Positions 1 to 7,530 of a stretch of 64,000 bases of DNA are shown here, in pieces. The DNA lies in contig CASFGK010000020.1 in the NCBI GenBank assembly GCA_949294195.1, forward strand, positions 884-64,883, written 5' to 3'. The translations under genes and the position numbers were made by a program. The DNA comes from an uncultured Bacteroidales bacterium (GTDB lineage Bacteria; Bacteroidota; Bacteroidia; Bacteroidales; UBA932). Each line of letters begins with the position of its first letter. Positions within the stretch are counted from its first letter, which is position 1. Under the pieces are notes generated by a model. That model ran no database searches, had not been told where the DNA came from, and saw nothing but the letters and a program-made list of their open reading frames with translations.

Positions 1-524
1 ATCATAGGAATATCATTCGTTTCTGCAACAGACCGTTCAAAAATGTGGAAATGATGAATGAAGCCATCATATCCAACTGGAATAATACAGTCGGGCAAGA
101 CGGTGTCGTTTTCCATTTAGGTGATTTTTGTCTTGGCGGCTCAGCTGAGTGGAGTAAAATACTCGACAGATTGAACGGCAAGATTTATCTGATTATGGGC
201 AACCACGATTTGAAGAATATACGCCAAGGTTACATCAACAGATTTGAGCATGTAGCAATGCAAATGCATATAGAGGTAGACAAGCAGAAGATATATTTGA
301 ACCATTACCCTTTTCTATGCTTTGATGGCGGATATAAAGATGTGTGGCAATTGTTCGGACATGTTCACACAAGGCAAAACAACACAGGAATTGATGCTGC
401 CCGGCTTCAATATCTCTATCCGACACAGTACGACGTTGGAGTTGACAACAATAACTTTACGCCTGTATCATTTGAGCAGATCAAAAGAATAATAACCAAA
501 CAAATTGAAAAAGGAGGACAGTAG
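1..524 (+). CDS. Calcineurin-like metallophosphoesterase (MPP-A, copy 1), 5'-truncated by window edge
   Basis: Frame is open from base 3 (HRNIIRFCNRPFKNVEMM...). Motifs FHLGDF, GNHD, HYP, GHVH. Paralog of 2766..3353. Confidence 0.9.
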   Translation, partial: HRNIIRFCNRPFKNVEMMNEAIISNWNNTVGQDGVVFHLGDFCLGGSAEWSKILDRLNGKIYLIMGNHDLKNIRQGYINRFEHVAMQMHIEVDKQKIYLNHYPFLCFDGGYKDVWQLFGHVHTRQNNTGIDAARLQYLYPTQYDVGVDNNNFTPVSFEQIKRIITKQIEKGGQ

Positions 525-525
525 A

Positions 526-1293
526 ATGAAGATACAATATATGAGCGACCTACATATGGAGTTCTGTGATAACAGCAGGTGGCTGAAACATAATGAATTG
601 CCGGTAACAGGCGATATTTTGGTACTTGCCGGAGATATATTCTATTTGAAAAACAAGATTGCACCTCTAAGTAATTTCTGGAAATGGACTTCAGCGAATT
701 ATCGTCAGGTGCTCATTGTACCCGGGAACCATGAGTATTACAATTATTGTGATGTAATGGATAATGGATTGCAATGGAATTGGATGTTCAAGAACAATAT
801 AGGATATTATCAAAATCAGGTAGTGAGGATTGATGGCACCGACTTTATCATGAGTACTTTATGGTCTCAAATTTCTCCTTCCGACGAATATTTTGTATGG
901 AAGGGTATGAATGATTTCCGGCAGATAATGTATAATGGCAAACTGCTCCAAACAGAGGAGTTTAACCAAATGCATAACTTTTGTTTGGATTTCATAAAGC
1001 GAAGTCTGGCAGAAAGCACAGCAGAACACATTGTAGTGGTAACACATCATCTTCCCACATTGGAGGTTGTTGCTCCTCACCATAGAGGTTCTGTGCTGAA
1101 CAGTGCATTTGCTACTGATTTGAGCAAACTCATAGCTGGCAGTCGTATTGATGCGTGGATTTACGGGCATTCACACACAAATATTGATGCTGAAATTAAC
1201 GGGACAAAAGTCATTTGCAATCAGATGGGATATGTATTTGACAACGAACATATCAGCAATGGTTTTGATCCGGGCAAGTGCTTAATCTTATGA
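526..1293 (+). CDS. Calcineurin-like metallophosphoesterase (MPP-B, copy 1), 255 aa
   Basis: SDLH, AGD, PGNHE, THH, GHSH motifs. ATG at 526 follows the upstream stop and aaggagg. Confidence 0.92.
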   Translation: MKIQYMSDLHMEFCDNSRWLKHNELPVTGDILVLAGDIFYLKNKIAPLSNFWKWTSANYRQVLIVPGNHEYYNYCDVMDNGLQWNWMFKNNIGYYQNQVVRIDGTDFIMSTLWSQISPSDEYFVWKGMNDFRQIMYNGKLLQTEEFNQMHNFCLDFIKRSLAESTAEHIVVVTHHLPTLEVVAPHHRGSVLNSAFATDLSKLIAGSRIDAWIYGHSHTNIDAEINGTKVICNQMGYVFDNEHISNGFDPGKCLIL

Positions 1294-1837
1294 CAAGCAG
1301 ATTCATCTAACACGCTCTAAAGCCTCAATGTATCATATAGTTAATAGAAAAGCACCTATTTCAATATTATATGATATGTTGGGGCTTAATATTTTCAGTT
1401 AGTCACACGAAAAAAAATCTTGCTTGTCAAAGGAAAGTTACCTTTACTTTATCCCTGTACTCATATATACGCCTAATAAAGTAAAGTCAGAACAAAGGGA
1501 AGAAAAGAGATGGCTTCGCCAAGCAGACCAACCGATTTACCTAAGTCCACACACGACACAACCTATTTTTCTTTTGGCTGCAAAAATATTCGTGACTGCA
1601 TCTTGTTTTCAGTTGACATCAGTTGGTGAAATTACCGCTTATTTCGTATCTTCGCAACGGATAGAAAACAGGTGGACTTCGGACGGGGAAACGGCAGTTT
1701 TCCCGTTGGTTCCGATTCAAGAAAAAGAGCGGCGAAATGGGCGGTTTTAAGCCCGAAAAACAAGTGAAAAATGGCTTTTCTACCGTTTAAACGCCAATTC
1801 TTTTGTTTTCAAGCAGTTCGATATGCTGCATCGGAAT

Positions 1838-1880
1838 GTATGTCTGTCGCCAATAAATGTTTTATTGGCGACAGACATAC
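1838..1880. repeat. Perfect 20-bp inverted repeat with 3-nt spacer
   Basis: GTATGTCTGTCGCCAATAAA-TGT-TTTATTGGCGACAGACATAC. Confidence 0.95.
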
Positions 1881-1996
1881 TCTCTTATTACACGTATCCG
1901 GAGTCAGGCAACGGAACCTGCCACTTGCGGCCAGCCGCCAAATCGGCAAGGTGGTTTCTGTCTATGATCTTTATTTCGTTCATTTCTGTATGTCCA

Positions 1997-2764
1997 TTAA
2001 ATTTCAATAAACTTGGCCGGATCAAATCCGTTCATCAGGTGTTCATCCTCAAAAACGTATCCCATCTGGTTGCAGATTATACGCGTCGCGCCAATCACAG
2101 TGTCGATGTTGGTATGCGAATGCCCGTAAATCCAGGCATCGATCCGGCTGCCGGCAATCAGGTCTCCATACTCACTGGCAAAGGCGCTGTTCAGCACGGA
2201 ACCCTTATGATGCGGCGCCACTACTTGGAGTGTCGGCAGATGGTGTGTAACCACAACGATATGGGCCGCCGTACTCTCTTCGACGCTTTTCCGGATAAAG
2301 CTGATGCAGGTATCATGCATCCAGTTGAATTCCTCCACCTGCAGCAGCTTCCCGTCGAACCTGATCTGGCGGAAGTCATTCATGCCTTTCCACACGAAAT
2401 ACCCGTCGTTCGGGCTGATCCGTGACCACAGCGTACTCAGTACGAAGTCGGTATCATCGATGCGGACGACCTGGTTCTGATAGTAGCCGACATTCTCCCG
2501 GAACATCCACCGCCATTGCAGGCCCCTATCCATCACGTCCGAATAGTTGTAATATTCATGGTTGCCGGGGACAATCAGCACCTGCCGGTAGTTCTCCGAA
2601 GCCCGTTTCCAGAACTTCGTCAGCGGAGCGACCTTATCCTTGAGATAGAAAATGTCCCCGGCCAGCACCAGCACATCGCCAGTGACCGGAAACCCGTTGC
2701 GCTTCAAGTATCTGCTGTTATCGCTTAATTCCAAATGCAGATCGCTCATGTATTGTATATTCAT
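1997..2764 (-). CDS. Calcineurin-like metallophosphoesterase (MPP-B, copy 2), 255 aa
   Basis: Starts MNIQYMSDLH. Same motifs and length as 526..1293. Confidence 0.92.
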   Translation of the reverse strand: MNIQYMSDLHLELSDNSRYLKRNGFPVTGDVLVLAGDIFYLKDKVAPLTKFWKRASENYRQVLIVPGNHEYYNYSDVMDRGLQWRWMFRENVGYYQNQVVRIDDTDFVLSTLWSRISPNDGYFVWKGMNDFRQIRFDGKLLQVEEFNWMHDTCISFIRKSVEESTAAHIVVVTHHLPTLQVVAPHHKGSVLNSAFASEYGDLIAGSRIDAWIYGHSHTNIDTVIGATRIICNQMGYVFEDEHLMNGFDPAKFIEI

Positions 2765-2765
2765 A

Positions 2766-3353
2766 TTATTGTTCTCCTTTCCTTGATTGTTCAATCTGCT
2801 TTTCAATGATTGCCTTCACCTGCGCAAAAGAGACCGGTGTGAAATCGTTGTTGTCCACTCCGACATCATATTGCGTGGAAAAAAGCATCTTCAGTCTCGG
2901 AGCATCCTTTCCCGTGTTATGTCGGCTTGTGTGGACATGCCCGAAAAGCTGCCAGGTGTCTTTATATGCACCGCCATAACACAGAAACGGATAATGGTTC
3001 AGATAAATCTTCTGGTTCCCGACTTCGATATGCAGCTGAGGAAGAACCGCCTCAAAATATTCCGTATAGTTCTGGCGGAGATTCTTCATGTCATGATTGC
3101 CCGAGATAAGATATATTTTCCCGTTAAGCCGTTCGAGAATCCTTGTCCATTCGGCAGATCCGCCCAGACAGAAATCGCCCAGGTGAAAAACGATATCTTC
3201 CGGTCCCACTACGCGGTTCCAGTTGGTGATAAGGCTTTCATTCATGTGTTCCACATTCTTGAAAGGCCTGCTGCAGAACCTGATGATATTTGCATGGTTG
3301 AAATGGGTGTCGGATGTAAAGAACACCCCGCTTTCCTTAAATTTGTAATGCAT
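2766..3353 (-). CDS. Calcineurin-like metallophosphoesterase (MPP-A, copy 2)
   Basis: FTSDTHFNH, LGDF, GNHD, GHVH motifs. Likely start MHYKFK at 3353 after an A-rich tract. Confidence 0.9.
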   Translation of the reverse strand: MHYKFKESGVFFTSDTHFNHANIIRFCSRPFKNVEHMNESLITNWNRVVGPEDIVFHLGDFCLGGSAEWTRILERLNGKIYLISGNHDMKNLRQNYTEYFEAVLPQLHIEVGNQKIYLNHYPFLCYGGAYKDTWQLFGHVHTSRHNTGKDAPRLKMLFSTQYDVGVDNNDFTPVSFAQVKAIIEKQIEQSRKGEQ

Positions 3354-3461
3354 AATCTTTTCTTTTTTTTGCGCATCACTGCGCGGTTGGTAAAATTGTT
3401 CTTGTATTCCCATGGATGGAATTGACGGAGAGGACTGCATGAGACAGACGTCACCGATGGG

Positions 3462-3510
3462 CAAAACGAAAACCGCCGGGAAGTTTGGCAAGGACTTTCC
3501 GACGGTTTTC
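3462..3510 (-). terminator. Intrinsic terminator-like hairpin inside the 5' leader of the MPP operon
   Basis: Minus strand GAAAACCGTCGGAAAGT-ccttgccaa-ACTTCCCGGCGGTTTTC-GTTTTG. Confidence 0.7.
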
Positions 3511-3537
3511 ATTTATCGTTTCAGCGGGATACCGGCA

Positions 3538-3684
3538 TCATTGTATCCCCGAGGTTCGTCGGAAATTGTCTTCAAAAGTATAGAATGCTCGAATGCCCGA
3601 AGTATGGACACACGACAGCACCTCAAGGCATTTTGAGCCTCGACACGATGCAGTTGTCCGGTTGTTCATTCTTCTTTGAAGCAT
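3538..3684 (-). CDS. Putative 48-aa leader peptide (uORF)
   Basis: MLQRRMNNRTTASCRGSKCLEVLSCVHTSGIRAFYTFEDNFRRTSGIQ*. Preceded by aaggattaca and lies between a promoter and the leader terminator. Confidence 0.5.
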   Translation of the reverse strand: MLQRRMNNRTTASCRGSKCLEVLSCVHTSGIRAFYTFEDNFRRTSGIQ

Positions 3685-3716
3685 TGTAATCCTTAAGCTA
3701 TATTCAAAAGAGGATG

Positions 3717-3724
3717 CAAATTTA
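3717..3724 (-). promoter_or_regulatory. Bacteroidota sigma70 -7 element for leader/MPP operon
   Basis: TAAATTTG on the minus strand matches TAnnTTTG. Confidence 0.65.
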
Positions 3725-3786
3725 TGGAATTATCCGAATATCCCGAAAAAACTGCACTTTTCCATAGAAATACAAACTGTTTGAAC

Positions 3787-3794
3787 TAAATTTG
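3787..3794 (+). promoter_or_regulatory. Bacteroidota -7 element for the YgbA-like gene
   Basis: TAAATTTG followed by C. Confidence 0.6.
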
Positions 3795-3879
3795 CGTCCA
3801 TATACTCACCCCGCTTCCCATAAGAACAGCGCGCTCAGGGTGAGTTTTTATTTGTTCTCAAGAGTATAGGAAAGATTCA

Positions 3880-4200
3880 ATGTACGACCGTATATCCGAA
3901 GAAAAACACGTTGTCGGGCTGATGATACGCATGTATTGCCGGCATAAAGAACACAACAGAGAACTCTGCGAAAAATGTTCTGAAGTTCTGAACTATGCTG
4001 TCCGTCGTCTGGAAACCTGCAAATTCGGTAACAGAAAGCCTACCTGCAAGAAATGCCCGGTTCATTGCTACCGCAAGGACATGCGGGAGGACATCCGCAC
4101 CATCATGCGCTGGTCCGGTCCCCGCATGATGCTATACCATCCGCTTGTCGCGATAAGGCATCTGTGGCGGGAATCTGGTATACCGAAATATTGCAAATAA
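3880..4200 (+). CDS. YgbA / nitrous oxide-stimulated promoter family protein
   Basis: Cys-rich pattern YC..H...LCEKC...C....KPTCKKCPVHCY...MRWSGPRMMLYHP. Confidence 0.88.
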   Translation: MYDRISEEKHVVGLMIRMYCRHKEHNRELCEKCSEVLNYAVRRLETCKFGNRKPTCKKCPVHCYRKDMREDIRTIMRWSGPRMMLYHPLVAIRHLWRESGIPKYCK

Positions 4201-4221
4201 TTCGGTATAAATTCAGCCGGC

Positions 4222-4722
4222 TTATCCTCTCACTGCCTTTGGAGTCCAGTTGAACAGGAAACGCAGGACTTTCTGCCGGTCATAGCTCTTGTCTTTTTCA
4301 AGCAGGCCGGAGTCCTGTATGTGAATGACTTTTCCTCCAGTATCCAGGATGACAAAGACGGGGAAACCGAAGCGTGCGGGATTTCCAAGCCGTTTCATCA
4401 TTGCCGCCGTATTGGCGGACTGGTCTGAGGATTTGCGGGGATTGTAATTGACATGGATATAAACGAAATTATCGTCAATCACCTTGCTGATTGCTTCGTC
4501 CTTTGTGATGAAGTCAGCAAAACGAAGACACCACGGGCACCAGTTGCCGCCTACCTGACAGACAACGAATTTGCCTTCGGACCTGGCTTTTGCCAGAGCC
4601 TGGTCAATCTGCTCCATCGGGTCGATATTCTCATCGTAAACTTTTTTCAGGGTTTCCTGTGCAATGGCAGCAAAGCCAATCACCGCAACCAGAAGAAGAA
4701 TAACAATTTTTTTCATACTCAT
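4222..4722 (-). CDS. Exported thioredoxin-family protein
   Basis: Signal peptide, GGNWCPWC (CxxC), GFPVFVILD. Confidence 0.85.
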   Translation of the reverse strand: MSMKKIVILLLVAVIGFAAIAQETLKKVYDENIDPMEQIDQALAKARSEGKFVVCQVGGNWCPWCLRFADFITKDEAISKVIDDNFVYIHVNYNPRKSSDQSANTAAMMKRLGNPARFGFPVFVILDTGGKVIHIQDSGLLEKDKSYDRQKVLRFLFNWTPKAVRG

Positions 4723-4885
4723 CTATAGATTTTGTTTATTCCAGATATTCACCGTCATTTCATCAGGGCTGACATTTCATTCCCAATGCAAACTTATAAA
4801 GTTACACTTTTTTGATTTAAATAGAAAACGAATTCCTAACTTTGCGAAGTTTCGTATACGGAATCGGAAACCAATTTTTCAAAAC

Positions 4886-5263
4886 ATGCGCATCATAGGA
4901 AACCTGCTGTGGTGGCTCTTCGGAGGACTGGAAGCCGCCATCGGATATTTCACCGGGAGTCTGGCTCTTGCCGTAACGGTAATCGGAATCCCATTCGCCC
5001 TTCAGACATTCAAGATAGGCCTCCTGTGCCTATGGCCATTCGGTGCCGAAGTAAGGAAAACAGAAGAGCCTTCAGGATGTATACGTATACCGATGAACAT
5101 CATATGGGTGATATTCGGAGGCCTTTGGGCCTGGCTGAATCATGTGTTCTTCGGAATCCTGCTCGGCATCACGATCATCGGCATTCCTTTCGCCAAACAG
5201 CATTTCAAGATGGCCGGGCTGTCACTCACGCCTTTCGGGCGGGAAGTCCGGCTGAATATGTAG
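4886..5263 (+). CDS. YccF domain inner-membrane protein
   Basis: Two repeats N(L/I)(L/I)W..FGGL...IGIPFA...PFG. Start MRIIGN at 4886. TAACTTTG promoter upstream. Confidence 0.88.
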   Translation: MRIIGNLLWWLFGGLEAAIGYFTGSLALAVTVIGIPFALQTFKIGLLCLWPFGAEVRKTEEPSGCIRIPMNIIWVIFGGLWAWLNHVFFGILLGITIIGIPFAKQHFKMAGLSLTPFGREVRLNM

Positions 5264-5318
5264 GGGAAACAGTGAGAACATGACAAGCCCTCACTGCAGG
5301 ACTTCATGAATGCCTGAT

Positions 5319-6587
5319 TTACCAGCTGACATCCTTCCTTGAAAGAGGCATGGTCATACAGCGGGCGCCGCCTCCTCCGCGCGGAAGTTCCGAGCCGGAG
5401 ACCGTAACCGCATAAAGTCCGTCACCATCTACCTGTACCTTGCCGGAAATGACATCATCCGCAGGAACGACATTGAAGCCTTTTCTGTCAAGTTCTTCAA
5501 GAGTATGGATATTTCTGGCATAAGTAAGTATTTTTCCGGGAGCAAAAGCAAAACAGTTCGCACCGCTGTGCCACTGCTCTCTCTCCTGGTCCCATTCGTC
5601 AGAGCCGCCGCACACTACAGGCTCGAGATCCATTCCCAGTCTTCTCAGCACAGTAAGGATCCCAGGAGCAGGATTGATTCGGGAGACTTTCCCGTCATTG
5701 ATGGTTATATGTACAGTCTGGTACTGGTTATCCCCGAGAATCAGCGGCTCGAAAATCATGCATTTGTCTCTGTCAAGAATGGTGAATACCATGTCCAGAT
5801 GGATGAAGGACTCCGGTGACGATGGCAGCTGCTGGACTATGACATGATACCGTCCCCTGTCATGTTCCCTTCGGAATCTTTCCACCATGAAGTCTATCCC
5901 CTGTGAGCTTGTCCTGCATCCGTTGCCTAGTATGAGTATGTCCTCCCTTGCTACCAGAATGTCCCCGCCTTCCATCATTATGGGAGAATTCTGCGGCTGG
6001 AAATCATTGGCATCAACTACGTTGCACTCGAACATGCCGCTATGCCGGCAGATTGCGTCCATGATATAGGATTCACGCATGCGCACTTTGTTTGCCATAC
6101 GGCATATCAGGGCGCTGTTACCGACAGTTACAGCCGCATCCCTTGTAAAATAAAAGTTGTACAGCGGATAGAGTGCGTAGTACTCGTTCTTCAGAAATGC
6201 AGTCAACGTATCGATTTTTGCCGGAAGACCTTCTATCAGCACCTTTGCCAGCCTGTCCGACGGCATGTCCAGAAGCATTCCGTAATATTCTGTAGCGTCT
6301 TCACTTACGCATATTCTCTGCAGTAGTCTTGTCCGGGCATCCGTATTGTTCAGGACCTTTACCAGAAGATCGTCCATCAGACGGACATCAGCCACTTTTG
6401 AAAGTACGCCGTACAACTGGCGATACTCCTCCCGTGCAATGGAAAGATTCAGAATATCACTGTAAAGAGCCCTCTGCACATTCCGCGGGGTCATATTCTC
6501 CACTTCAGCTCCCGGAGGATGCAGGAGTACCGCTTCAAGCTGTCCTATCTCGGAATTGACGTTGATCCTTATTTTCTTTTCATTCAT
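5319..6587 (-). CDS. arcA: Arginine deiminase family protein
   Basis: SEIGQL, FTRD, EGGD, HLD and C-terminal GGGARCMTMPL catalytic Cys. Confidence 0.85.
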   Translation of the reverse strand: MNEKKIRINVNSEIGQLEAVLLHPPGAEVENMTPRNVQRALYSDILNLSIAREEYRQLYGVLSKVADVRLMDDLLVKVLNNTDARTRLLQRICVSEDATEYYGMLLDMPSDRLAKVLIEGLPAKIDTLTAFLKNEYYALYPLYNFYFTRDAAVTVGNSALICRMANKVRMRESYIMDAICRHSGMFECNVVDANDFQPQNSPIMMEGGDILVAREDILILGNGCRTSSQGIDFMVERFRREHDRGRYHVIVQQLPSSPESFIHLDMVFTILDRDKCMIFEPLILGDNQYQTVHITINDGKVSRINPAPGILTVLRRLGMDLEPVVCGGSDEWDQEREQWHSGANCFAFAPGKILTYARNIHTLEELDRKGFNVVPADDVISGKVQVDGDGLYAVTVSGSELPRGGGGARCMTMPLSRKDVSW

Positions 6588-6696
6588 ACAATTAAAACTT
6601 CTTGTTCCACAAAATTATAAATTTTTACGACATAAGCATGTTACCGATATTCCGTCATGAAATAATGCTTATATTAGTTGCAAAATTGAAGTCAGC

Positions 6697-7026
6697 ATGA
6701 AAATACGGAAACAGTACAGAGAGATGGACGGCAAGGATATCTGGGAAATCATTGTTTCCTATGTAAAAGAGCATCAGACTTTTACCTCTATCACAGGGAT
6801 CAGGTACAGTGCGACGTTTGTCGGTAGCTGCATCTTCATAAAAGGAGGGACTCCCGGCACAAAAAGAGCCAAGGAAGGTGAATACCTCACAGGAAAGGAT
6901 TTCATTGAAGCCTATGACAGGATCAAGGATTTTCCGGAGATAAACACGTCCATAGTAAAGCCGTTCATCAAGCGCCAGCAGACACCGTTCATAGGTCTTC
7001 TGTACTGTGCGGGTATTGTCATTTAG
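6697..7026 (+). CDS. Hypothetical protein
   Basis: 109-aa ORF with plausible composition filling the intergenic space. Confidence 0.6.
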   Translation: MKIRKQYREMDGKDIWEIIVSYVKEHQTFTSITGIRYSATFVGSCIFIKGGTPGTKRAKEGEYLTGKDFIEAYDRIKDFPEINTSIVKPFIKRQQTPFIGLLYCAGIVI

Positions 7027-7055
7027 CACTGGCGGCACCCATTAAACCAAGTATC

Positions 7056-7442
7056 ATGATAACAAAGCGCAAAGTCATCACTATCGCAAGCCTCATAGCC
7101 ATACTGGCTCTCGGCCTGTTCGTTTATTTCAAGTTCTATTTCGTATTCGGAGAGGGGGTCAAGGCCGGAGAATTGAATTTCGTTGTATACAAAGGATACA
7201 TTTTCAAGACTTATGAAGGCAAAGCCATTCAGGCCGGATTCACCAAAGGGGCAAAGAATGCAAATACTTCCATACAGTCGTACGAATTCGAATTCTCCAT
7301 TACAGACAAGGCTCTGGCAGACTCCCTGATGCGCTGCAGCGGCAAGACTGTCGAACTGCACTACAAGGAATATCTGGGTGCACTTCCATGGCGCGGACAG
7401 CAGAAATACATTGTGGATGACATACTTGCAGTAAGAGAATAA
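7056..7442 (+). CDS. Conserved hypothetical membrane-anchored protein
   Basis: N-terminal TM helix. Segments KGYIFKTYEG, F.FS, V.LHYKEY...LPWRG resemble a conserved Bacteroidota family. Confidence 0.75.
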   Translation: MITKRKVITIASLIAILALGLFVYFKFYFVFGEGVKAGELNFVVYKGYIFKTYEGKAIQAGFTKGAKNANTSIQSYEFEFSITDKALADSLMRCSGKTVELHYKEYLGALPWRGQQKYIVDDILAVRE

Positions 7443-7530
7443 CGAGTGGTGTCGGAAGCCGGCCCAAAAGGAGGAATTTCAAGCGTAACGCAGAAAGCAC
7501 CCTTTTGAGCCGCGACCTTATTTTGTCCGT

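Noticed and set aside
1424-2425. Plus-strand ORFs of 108, 79 and 200 aa
   Set aside because: No protein-like features. They span hairpins or lie antisense to MPP-B copy 2.
3354-3512. 53-aa N-terminal extension of MPP-A in the ORF track
   Set aside because: It runs through the terminator hairpin, and the conserved domain starts at MHYKFK (3353). Translation from 3512 cannot be fully excluded.
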